Shown here piece by piece: positions 1-11,862 of a DNA stretch of 64,000 bases. This DNA comes from Podarcis melisellensis (taxonomy: Eukaryota): assembly GCA_964234715.1 (NCBI GenBank), contig OZ174280.1, one strand, 5' to 3'. The notes under the pieces were generated by a model. The model searched no databases. It was not told where the DNA came from and was given only the letters and a program-made list of their open reading frames with translations. The stretch's first letter is position 1. Each line of letters opens with the position of its first letter. The position numbers and the translations under genes are program-made.

Positions 1-3000
1 CAGGAATTGGAAGGGACTCAGGAATACAGCCTTCCCCCAACCCAACCCCCCACCCCCAGAAAACCTAACAATATGAATGAGAACGTATGAATTCCTTCAT
101 CCCATTGCATCACTCAGATATCTCTGGAAACAAGCAATTGATGAGTTGTTTGTTGACTAAAGCATCACAGAGGAGTGCATACATTGTGGCCTGTGACAGC
201 TGGAATTGACACTGGTGGAGGGGGGGGTATATTTGTTCCCCTCTCCTTGTCTCCCCTTTTTCATTCACAAAGCGGACATTTGCCCCCTTTGTTTTTCCTC
301 CACCCCAGACCTTGTCTAGACTTGTTAAATTGGCCTAAGGGGCTACTACTGACCCACTCAAGCAATGACCTGAAAGGGGCCTTTGCTTATCCTGATGGAA
401 GGAGCTACATTCCAGTTTGTTCTGGGAAGCCCTCTGGGTCCCTCCATTGCTGGGAAGATGGACCTTAGGGGAAAATGGCAGATGCCACTCCAGCCTAAAG
501 CACCAGAGTAATGCAGTGACCCAGTAGCATTCTTCACTTGAGATGGCTTGATTGACAGCTGAAAAGATGAGCTTTTCCACATGGCCTGCTGGAGCATTGC
601 TAGCAAGATTTGCTTCCATTGCTGAGACTGGAGGATGCCATTAGCTGTCTCTGGTCTCCCTTCCTGGTTATCCCAAAGAAAACCACAAGCGTAAACACAC
701 ATGTATTTACGCAGCAGCACCCTTCTCTGGAAGCTCCTTTCCTTATTATTTCAGTGGTGGAGCTTAACCCACATAAGTGTGAACTAATGATAAAGAAGAA
801 AGTAGCCTGAGGAGCTCTTGCTCAGATTTAAACTTGCTAACAGAAAGTATTTGTATTTGTTTTTGTAGATACCCAAGCTGCATTTTAGCTATAAGGGTTA
901 TGGTAGTTGGTGGATGGGGAGGCTGGAAAAGCAATAAATACTTACCATCCTCTATTAACCCTCCCTCTATATACAGCTTAATTTACCAATCTCATGCTAT
1001 GACCTACAAATCTGGAATTTTTTTAGAGGTGTGTGTGTGAGAGAGAGAGTTAAGCCTTGCCTTTGCTAGGGCCTATTAGGACTTTTCATGCAGCCAAACT
1101 GAAACTTGGAAAGAAGCAGAATAGCCCATAGGAGTCTTACAACTGTCAGACTGTGTCATTATGCTGATCGATGGGATGAGGGAGCAGAGGGAGTTATTTT
1201 TTTTTGTTTTGTTTTGGAGAGGATTTTGCCTCAGGAGTTTGCATCCAGTGACGGCAGAACTTTGGTAGCGTTTCAGAGAGTCAAGATGTCTCCATGTTCT
1301 TGTTTAGTTGCTCACAATTTGGCCTTGACTTGAGTACTGAGTCTTTGTTAATATACTGACTTTGTTTGGCTGCAGAGTGTTAGAGAGCCCTGGAGAGCAA
1401 GTAAAATGTGATCCGCTGCTGTATCCACCCTCTTCAGTCCTGCTCCACAACCCAAAGCTGCAGTATGTGTGCCAACAAGACTCATTTTGTTCCATAGGGG
1501 GTGGGCAACCTAGCATTTGTGGAGGGGTGAAGTAATTGTTGATCAGCATGGATGTTTTATTTCCTACAGGCAAAGATGAAGAGCTGAGTCTCCTCTCTCT
1601 TTAGAGATAGTGGTTCTACCTCCTCTTCCTCAGGAAGGGTGGGGAACTTTTAGCTCTCCAATTTTTTCTTACAACTCCCATCATCGCTGACCACTGGCTC
1701 TACTGACTGGGGCTGACGGGAGTTGTTGGCATCTGTCTGTCTCGGGAGACAGTCAACATCTGGAGGGGCCTGAGCTTCTCCACCCTGGTCATGGGCTGTG
1801 AATAATAACTTGGGGGGGGGGGTTGTTTCGCATCTTCTACACACCATTGTGATTTCCTAGTGAGCAGGGGGGCAGGGAGGAATGGGTGTTAGTTAAGAGA
1901 ATAGGAGTTGAAAAGAACAGTGGAACAAGAAAAAAACGGCCGGAGAGCAACAGGCAGAGCTGTGATGGGGGCAGGGGAGAGACATAGCAGAACAACAGGA
2001 AGTTTTGGAGAGAAACAAAGCCTTTATTATTAAGACACTGGGTGGGATTCACCTAAGGAGCTCTGTCAATAGAAGCCCTGCTCAATGGGGTTCCCTCCCT
2101 CCTCTGGAAATTGGCTCTGAGAGAGTCAGGAGAACCCCAGAACATTGCATGGGTTAAGGAGCGGAGGGAACGTTTCATCTGACAAGTTGAAATGCTTGAA
2201 CATGGTCTGTTAGAACATTCCACCCTCTGTTTCTGTGCAGTCTGGAAGTGTCACGTTAAGGAGCTGGGTGGGAGGCAGATGGCTTTCTCTTAGCTTGCCC
2301 CTTTACCCACCCGCGTTTCTGGAAGGCGTTGTGGTGCTGTTGCAAAATCTCTGCAAACGGCTCCCCAGTTGCTCCTGTGTTCATTCTGCTTTCATTCTTG
2401 GAAACAAACGTGAGAGGGACTGGGATCTGCAAGAGCGGGCAGCTGTTGCCGACGAAGGAGGGTTTGCTCTCATTCAGACTGAACTTGCCTGGGACTCTTC
2501 ATGGAAACCTTGGGTGGCAAATGTTGGCGAAGGGAGACCAAGGAAATGTGGCTCACTTAGCTACATCATCCACCCACTTTCTGACAGGTTATGTTCATGA
2601 TTTTAAGCTTTGAAGCACAGCAGCAAATCTTCACAGCAGAAACAAAGGCTTGTTACAGGTAGCAGGCATGCCTTTCCCCGTTATTTAGATTCCGTAATGA
2701 GAAATAACTGCTGAATAGAAATAACTGCTGAATAGATGGATAGATAGTTTTAAAATGTACAACACAAGACTACAACCAACCAACTTATCCAGCCCCACAC
2801 TTTCTGAGCATCAGCTTGAGGTTTGGCTATTTTGGCTGCTGCTCCTTTCCTTCTGTCTGTTCCAGACCAGGTGTTTCTCAAACATTTTAAATTCTCCCCC
2901 TTCCCCACAGTTCTATAAATACTCTCCTCTCCCCCAACCCCAGCCCAGCACAAACCATCTGTTTAATGGTTGAGTACTTAAAGATGGTATGTCGCTGGGT

Positions 3001-3616
3001 GAGTACAACCTGCAGCTGCTACCAAGGATCTGTGGATGGTGTTAAGGCATATGAGAGATGCTTTTTGGATGAGTGGCCTCCCAAGCTCCTTCTTTGCACC
3101 CTTCTTCTCTTGTTGTCCTTGGAGCTGCTTTCTTGCCCAGCACTGGATTTCATAAAAGAGTTCAGTGCCCCTGTCCAGTTCTGGTCCTTGGAATCTGCCT
3201 TATGTCCCTTGGCCTCTTCCAATGAATGACTATTGTTTGATTGTTCTGAGTAAATCGAGTCATGAAATAGGTGAATGTGAGCAGCCCGCATTGGGGGCTT
3301 CATGTATGAGGCTGAAGCGAGCAAGGGAATGATGCAGGCTGGGGCTGGTGCCATTACATGAAGGGTGGAAATCCTGCCCTCTTGCCTGGAGAATGAAGGT
3401 TGCTTTATTTGGGCAAGCTCAGCAGAGCTAAGATGGAGGGGCAAGGGTGAGGAGATAACAGCGCTCACTCGGTTCTGGCTCACACTCCCTTGCCTTAACA
3501 TCCAGACATTCACAAACACTATTGGGTTCTCAGATCTTACTTTTTTTCTTTTCTCTGCCGTCCTTCATCCAACAATCACAGGGTGGGTTACAAAATAAAA
3601 ACAGAAAAATACATAA

Positions 3617-3758
3617 CATAGAATTACAGTATTGGGACCATGAGGACCATCTAGTCCAACCTCCAGCAATGCAGGAATATTTTGCCCAACGTGGGGCTCA
3701 AACCTATGACCCTGAGATTAAGAGTCTCATACTCTACCAACTGAACCATCTCAGAGCC
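3617..3758 (-). mobile_element. SINE with tRNA-Lys(CTT)-derived head and CR1-derived tail
   Basis: Minus strand reads ...ggtagagtatgagactcttaatctcagggtcataggtttgagccccacgttgggc, then cctgcattgc..ggttggactagatg.. Confidence 0.8.
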
Positions 3759-5551
3759 AGTAACAAACAGAACAACAAGCCCACCTTCTCTCTAGACGTT
3801 CTCCATACCAGCAGGTGCTAAGGACTGATAGTAACTGTGCCATTCAAAACGAAGCCAATCTCTTCTGCTTTCTTAAATGATCTCCCTGTGGTGCACTTTA
3901 CAGCCTGGCTGTTGGCTGACATTGGCAGCAGCTCACAATAAATGTCACAGTGTAGACATTCGGTAATGCCTGGATTAGCATCTGCCAGTCTCCTGCTTCA
4001 ACACCTATCTTGGGGAAAGACTTTGCTCTCTCTTTTTCCTATTTCCTTGGCTGGTGCTAGACGTGTAAAGTAATCAGGTGCAATATACGCAGGGCTGCTA
4101 ACTTGCTCTGAGATGATGTTCTGCTCTCAATAGCACCCTCTGCAGTACAAAGGAAGGCATTTTGGACATTTTTAACTAGACCCTTTTCCGCTGGCTGCTG
4201 AATTAGCTGCAGCTAACACAGATCCTGTGTTAATGAGAGCTCATTTGGGCATTTATAAGAGGACTGACAACAGACTAGGGGTCACTTAGTAGGTCACCTG
4301 GACTATTCACATTTTGGGGTTTCTGCATCTGATGCAAAATCTCATATGTGGCAAGTATTCTCAAAAATACTTTCATTATAAACAGTGTTCTAGTCCTCAT
4401 GATTGTCATGTGTTAGAATGCATCCAATCAAGATCTACAAAAATGTTCCATGTTGGTGAAGGCACTGAACTTTTGTGCCCTATGTGGCTGCTTCTCCCTG
4501 CCAATGGTTCCAGTTATAGCACATTCTGGTTCTGTTACTGTCTGTCACTTAACCCCACCTTTCAATTTCTACCAGATTACTCCTTGCTAAAAATAAAAAT
4601 AAAGTCCATCTTCTAGAAAGCTTCAGCTACTGGGTTCTAAGTGAAGCAACTATATGTGCAAAACATTTAGTAGCCTGCAACGAATTTGTACAAGTCCCAC
4701 TCACTTATATATACTGGGTGGCTTATACGGTTTGTCTGGCAAGCTACTCATCCAACCACGTACTAGCAGCAAGGCTGGAATAAAGCAGGAAAACAGGATT
4801 ATTTTATGAAATTTGGGCAAAGTGACAATTGTTCACGTAGAACTGATTAGTAGGGCTGCAAAGTATTCTGTAGTGATCAGATAGTTTGATTTCTTCCAAA
4901 TTGCCATGCTAAATAAGGTCCCTTGCTTGGCAACCATTCTTGCTTATAGTACCTTAGTACAAAGGATCCCCCCAAGGAAATTCTTAGACACTGGAACTGC
5001 CTATCAGACATGATTCTATCATTATTTGAAATGGTCTACACTATTTATTCTTGAGTGCAAAGTGCCAGATGACATGAAAGAAGTATTTTATTTTACTTTT
5101 TTAATAAAAAAAAATACAGTGTTCTTCCTCCTTCCCCCATGGACCTGCTCCTCACAGACCCTCCACATAGGAAAGAAGCTTCTTCCTGTTCATGGTGTTC
5201 CTGGATCCCTGTCCCATGTGAGAGGGTTGGCAACCATTCCTCATTCTTACTTTGACCCCGAGTCTCCTTCTGGGATGCCCCAAGGTCCGACTGTTTATGA
5301 CCAACACTCTTTTCCAGCTCTATCTTGTTCCAAGATGCAGCTGAGCTGAAAACCTCAGTTTCTGCATCTGAGCACTTTGCAAAATACACACTGATTTTTG
5401 GATTGGTTTTTCCAATGTATGTTAATGCATATGAATATAGTATTTTGAAGTGGCAATCCACTTATGACAAGAGTAAACTAGCCTGAGCTTTTGTTTACAA
5501 GCAAGCCTAGTCCTAGCAGCTAAGAATGAGTTTGTACTACACACGCGTGTG

Positions 5552-5553
<2 letters not shown>

Positions 5554-5631
<78 letters not shown>
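5554..5631. repeat. Compound microsatellite (CT)n(CA)n
   Basis: Directly visible in the sequence. Confidence 0.97.
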
Positions 5632-5636
<5 letters not shown>

Positions 5637-6014
5637 GCTGGGGGGGGCGGGAGGGATGTGGAAATTAAAAGATCCTTGCTTCACTTATAAGTATGCCCTG
5701 CAAACATGGCAAAAACCCATCCTTTAACCACACTTTGACCAACTTGGTTGTAAGAAAGGATTATTAGGCTGCTAGGGAGCAATAAATCTGTGACAAATTG
5801 TGTATCAAAGTGTGCACTCTCGGGTAGTCATCAATACTGTCTTGCTGTATTTTTTATTAAAGTATAGTAGATAAATATTTAAATAAACAAACAAAGCACC
5901 TTCTTTGAGCTGGCAGTATTGCCTAAGATTTGACTGCTACTGTGTGGATATTTACTTGGATTTTAAACTTTTTATGGATTATTATTAACCATTGTTGCCT
6001 CCTGTGTGTTTCAG

Positions 6015-6153
6015 CTGGGATGAGAGTAGCTCCATCAGCAGCGGCCTCAGCGATGCCTCTGACAATCTCAGCTCAGAAGAGTTCAATGCCAGCTCCTCGC
6101 TCAATTCCCTGCCTTCCACCCCCACGGCTTCTCGCAGGAACTCCGCCATAGCG
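6015..6153 (+). CDS. NAV1: NAV1 coding exon (SWDESSSISSGLSD...RRNSAIA)
   Basis: tttcag|...gcg|gtaggt; 139 nt, phase 2 to 0. Confidence 0.95.
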
Positions 6154-9100
6154 GTAGGTAGGACAGGCACCCAGAGAATCCGCCATGTTTTCATGCTGCT
6201 GTTGCTGCTGCAGTTTTGGTACCGGAGAAAGAAATTGCATGAAGCCCTGTGCTGTCTTTCTCCTTAAAAGTGTTCTCAGGGGAAAGATGAATACTTCTGC
6301 CATTGAATTTCTCCTTATATTGTGTGTGTGTGGGGGGAGTCACAGCCCCCAAATCACTGAATGCCTATCCCCTTTTTTGCCTGCAGATGCAGGAGCGATT
6401 AGTGCCTTTGGAACTGAAGGACTGTTTTTTCTCTCCCATTTGTTAAGCTGGTGTAGTTGGGGGGCTATGATGAGGGGAGGTCTATAACTCTATAATAGAG
6501 CATATTCTATGCATGCAGAAGGTCCCTGGTTCAGTTCCTGGCAACTCCACTAAAAAAGAAAATGCCCAGGTAGTAGAAGATGCAAAGGACTTTCCCCTGA
6601 AACCCTGTAGAACTTCCACCAAACAGACCAGACCGTTCCGGGCCAGATGGAGAAATAGCCAGGCCTGGTTTGAGGCAGCTTCCTATGTGCACACAGGAGG
6701 TTGGGGGAGTATTTTGGTTGGCAAGGTTAAGGTACCAGCTAACAGAATCCTCTCTGCTGCTTGCCTTACAGCTGCGCACGGACTCTGAGAAGCGCTCACT
6801 GGCAGAGAGTGGGCTGAACTGGTACGGAGAGCCAGAAGAGAAGGCTCAGAAGAAGATGGACTATGACAGCGGGAGTCTGAAAATGGAGCACAGCTCTTCC
6901 AAGTGGCGACGGGAGCGCTCAGAAAGCTGTGACGAGGCTCCTGCCAAAGGCGGAGATCTGAAAAAACCAGTCAGTTTGGGCCCACCAGGCTCCTTGAAGA
7001 AGGGCAAGACTCCCCCTGTGGCAGTGACCTCTCCCATCACCCACACAGCCCAGACCCTCAAAGTGGCAGGTGAGGTTGGAACAGGAAGTGGAGCCCTAGT
7101 GTTAGCTAGGCAGGTTTGTGGCTGCCACCTCCACTTCCCTGCCTGTTTGCTTCCCATTCTTCTTGAGAGTCCAGTCAAAGGTGCATGACTAACTGTAGGC
7201 CACAGAGAAAGAAGGGAGCCTGGAATGTGCTCATTACATCCTAGGGCTGCATCTCATCTCAGTAAAGTCTTTGATCATGTTCCCTGAAACAAAATCAGTA
7301 CAATTTAGCTAGGGAGATGGTTGTACTGACACGTGCCCTGACATTGTGCTCATTTTGGTGCAGGGACTGGCTGTCCTGACTAAGTAGCTTTTTGATAACT
7401 TTCTTTTGGTCACCTAAGAAGCTGCGTGCACAAATGCCTTTTCTTCAAACTGAGTTATTTCTCCTGCAGGTAAACCTGAAGCAAAAGCAACAGACAAGAA
7501 CAAGCTTTCTGTGAAGAACGCCAGCCTGCAGCGCTCATCGTCTGACGCTGGCCGAGATCGGATTTCAGATGCCAAGAAGCCCCCTTCTGGGCTGACCCGG
7601 ACCACGACTTCCGGCTCTTTTGGATACAAGAAGCCACCTCCTGCAACTGGCACTGCCACGGTGATGCAAGCTGGTGGCTCGGCCACCCTTGGTAAGATCC
7701 AGAAGACCTCTAGCATCCCAGTCAAGCCGGTCAATGGAAGGAAAACGAGCTTGGATGTCTCTAATGCTGGGGAGCCTGGCTTCATGGCCCCAGGGGCCCG
7801 CACCAACATCCAGTACCGGAGCCTGCCACGCCCAGCCAAGTCTAGTTCCATGAGCGTGACTGGTGGGCGCAGTGGGCCACGGCCAGTGAGCAGCAGCATT
7901 GACCCCAGCCTGCTCAGCACAAAAGGGAGCATCAGCGTCTCGCGGCTGAAAGAGCCCTCTAAGATCGGCACAGGCCGGAGCACGCCAGTGCCAGTGAATC
8001 AGACGGACAGGGAGAAGGAGAAAGCCAAAGCCAAAGCTGTGGCCCTGGACTCTGACTGCGTCTCACTCAAGAGTATCGGCTCCCCTGAAAGCACCCCGAA
8101 GGCTCAAGGTGGGCACCAGACGTCTGCTAAAGTGGCTGAGTTGCCACCAACTCCACTCAGGTAAGAAGAATTGTGGGTGTTGATTATAATATCGTGATTA
8201 TGATTTAACAGGTAGAAGATAGGGTGCAGCAGAGGGGGAGAAACAACAACATATGTTGAAACTTAATAAAATATAATTTGGAGGGGGATGACGAATTGTG
8301 GGTGTTTCCCAGCAGGCCTATAGCTGGGTTGAGAAATATGTTAAGCAAATAAATAAATGGCACGATAAGAGCTGTGCAAAGCTCCAGTCATCTTCTAACA
8401 CCATGTTGCTTTCCTTCAGGTCAGCTGCCAAAAGCTACGTGAAAGCTCCTTCTCTGGCCAACCTGGACAAGGTGAACTCCAACAGTCTGGACCTCCCTCC
8501 CTCCAGCGAACACCAGATGCACGGTGGCAAACTGCACGAGCCCCATCCAGCTGCAGCAAATGTGGTCCCCCACCTCACGTCGTGCTTCACGCCAAGCCCT
8601 GCTCCAGTCCTTAACATAAACTCTGCTAGCTTCTCCCAGGGCCTGGAGCTCATGGGAGGCTTCAGCATCTCCAAGGAATCTCGCATGTACCCCAAGCTCT
8701 CAGGGTTGCACAGGAGCATGGAGTCCTTGCAGATGCCTATGAGCCTGCACAGCCCCTTCTCTGCAGGCAACACAACTGCTCCCACCACTGCTCCCACCCC
8801 TCCCGTTGTGGCTGCTGAGGAGGAACCCAGTGAGATGTCCTGGACGGGGAGCCCCAGGATCACACACCTGGACAGGTAGAAGAAAGTGGGGTAGCTTTTG
8901 TTTGATGGCATGATCCCCAGGCAAAAGGGGACGGGGCTTTTTTGGAAACTTGGTTCTCTGTGGAGCAATTCCTGTTCCCTGCAGCTAAAGTATTGCAGAG
9001 CAACAAGGAAGGCAGTTGGGGAAGTGGAAGTAGAGCGGTGGAATTGCAGTGCTGTTGAAAAGCTTTATTCAAACTCCAGCATAATGTTGCAGTTCGTTGT

Positions 9101-11825
9101 TCTTGCCCATGGTGGAGTTCTAGCTTCATTGTTCATGGAGCTCTAACTCCATGCTTCTAAACTAAGCCAGATAATGCTCTGCATTCCCAAAACTTCATAA
9201 ACCAGTTTATCGCCCATCAGATGCTACAGCTGGACTCCAGCAAATGATTAACAAATACTGTTGTGCTTGCTTCCCCTCCTGCAGCTCTAACCGTGATCGG
9301 AATACATTGCCCAAGAAGGGACTAAGGTAATCGTCCTTCTACCCCACCCCTCACTTTCCTGTTGCTATCAACTGATGGTCAAATAAATTAGTGGGCATGG
9401 CATACAGTATGATGTTGCAGTAGACGAAACCTGCTTTTCACTGTGGTCATGCTAACACAAGATGACCAGTTGAAGAAATCTCAGTGTTCCTCGCAAACCA
9501 ACACTACCATGTTATTTTGAGCCTGCTGTTTATCATCCTCTTAAACAGGGTGCTTAATATTCTACATGCTGCAGAGTCAGATCCCAAAGAAAATCAATTA
9601 ACCATGGTGGTTCATAAAAGCAGCCCACCCTGTTTCTGTTCAAAGCAAACCAGTCTAGGGATCTGGTTACATCTCTCACTTCTTGGTCCTGTTGCAAGAT
9701 TGTATATAGGAAGGCTAGGCACAGCTTTCCCAACTACTGTATGTGGAGCACAAACTATCCTGGGAGCCATTTGCTGTGAACAATATTGAAGTTATTATTT
9801 ATTTTTGTTTATAATGGCCATTGTGGTGTTCCTTTTTTTTTTAAAGCACTTTGGTATTGCGGTATGATGAAGTATGCGCAAGCATTTCAACTTCCCAGAT
9901 GGAATGATCCCCTCTCTCCTCCCCCTGTGCACTTTTCTGCCCCCCCCCCCAAATTAAACAATTTCAGAAGTGTAGAGGAAGCCTTGTTGAACAAGCAGAA
10001 GTCCTTGCACAGGGCTTCTTCTGGCAGGGCTCATTGGGTGAATCCTGTTTAAAGTCCTCAGTTAATAAATGATTTTCACCAGAATGAAATACTCTGCAGA
10101 ACTCTATAGTATGGTAGCATTTGCTGTTAACTGGCCATGTTCTAGAGGGCATAATAAATTGGACAGTATATAAATGGCTTCCATTATATGGCTTCCATTG
10201 ACTTTTTGTAGCTGTGTTCAAATACTTACGGGGTGAATGCATGCACTGAAGTCCAAGCCTGAACAGGTTTCCTCTGAAGTAAGGCCCAAGATTTAATGAG
10301 ACTTAATCCTAAACTAAATGTTCAAAGAGCTGTGGCCTTGGTTTATCTATTTTCTCTCATGTCCTTTGGAAAGAGTACCTTGGATGGCAATCTGCTTTTG
10401 AAAGATCTGATTACCTTGTTAGCACTGAGTAATCCACACTTTCTTAGCATCACCATTGCTATATAATTAGGTGCTCCTGAGTGAAATTTAGAATTTCGCT
10501 TACTATGACTCCAGGAACTGGCTACATGAGTGATGTTAAGCCTAAGCCACCACAGTTGTTTTACAGCTACAAAATTCCTCCAGTCTTCCTTGTTCTACTT
10601 CTCTCTCCCTTAATTTTGGCAGGTATCAAATCCAGTCCCAGGAAGAGGCCAAGGAGAGGCGGCACTCCCACACGATTGGAGGATTGCAGGAATCAGATGA
10701 TCAGTCTGAGCTGCCTTCCCCTCCTGCTCTCTCCATGCCATTGGTTGGAAAGGCACCACTCACTAATATTGGTTAGTTTCTCTTGCCTTCTGTTCTCCTG
10801 CAGGGGGAACTTTTGGAGACAGGTGTTCTAAACCAGTTGAAGCTGATCTGTACTGAGATCCTTTCCCTTAATTTTCTTTCTTCTGAGATGGCACTGGCAG
10901 CTCACCTAAAACCGACTCCAAGGTCAGGGTCATGTCATCAGAGGATGTTAAGGGGTGGCCTGGTGCAAGTGTTTACATTTTACACAGGTGCAGATTGGTT
11001 TGTGCAAGGAATGGNNNNNNNNNNNNNNNNNNNNNNNNNNNNNNNNNNNNNNNNNNNNNNNNNNNNNNNNNNNNNNNNNNNNNNNNNNNNNNNNNNNNNN
11101 NNNNNNNNNNNNNNNNNNNNNNNNNNNNNNNNNNNNNNNNNNGTGAGTCTAGTGAGCCCTCTGTTCCTACACCCCCATTCCTGCTTCAAGCAGCTCCATC
11201 TGACTAGCTTGTCCTCCCCTCCCTCCTTCTCCTGCAGTGACCCCCACGGCAGCCAACACCCCGAGGATCACCCGCTCCAACAGCATCCCCACCCATGACT
11301 CCACCTTCGAGCTGTACAATGCGTCCCCCATGGGCAGCACCCTCTCCCTGGCAGACCGGCCCAAGGGCATGATCCGTTCGGGCTCCTTTCGCGACCCTGT
11401 GGATGATGGTGAGAGTCCTGCACCCAGCCAGGAGGACAAGAGTCTCCTCCACAGTAATAATGGTGAGAGGGATACGGTCGCGACTAATTCTGTCCGTCAG
11501 GTCTTCTCAAGTGCGCACAGGTGTACTTGGCAGGTGGGCTGGCGCAGCTGTGGGAGCTGCTTCTTGCTTGCAGGGGAGCAAGATGACATGGCAGAGCTGG
11601 GGACGGGAGGTGTGAGTGGGTGAGATTGGTACCTTTCAAGCATTGCTTTCTCCCTCCTGCGCTTCCAGAACCACCATAAACAGGATGTGGGAGGCAGGCA
11701 CTCTGCCCATTGCCCAGTGCTAGCTTGCCATGGGGCAGAGACAGCCACACCCCTTTTTAGGATGTGTGTCCACATTGCATCTGTATAAGACTTTAAAATT
11801 ACTCAAAGCCGATGGAGCAATATGC

Positions 11826-11862
<37 letters not shown>

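Noticed and set aside
3690-3758. tRNA-Lys gene (and tRNA-Ile gene at 13696)
   Set aside because: The stems are degenerate and each is fused to a CR1-like tail, so these are SINE heads.
7414-8968. Long minus-strand ORFs (189 aa and 177 aa)
   Set aside because: They are antisense shadows of the large GC-rich NAV1 exons.
11015-11150. A missing NAV1 exon inside the N gap (donor-like GTGAGT follows it)
   Set aside because: The flanking exons join in phase and give the expected continuous peptide LTNI-VTPT, so no exon is required. An extra alternative exon cannot be excluded.
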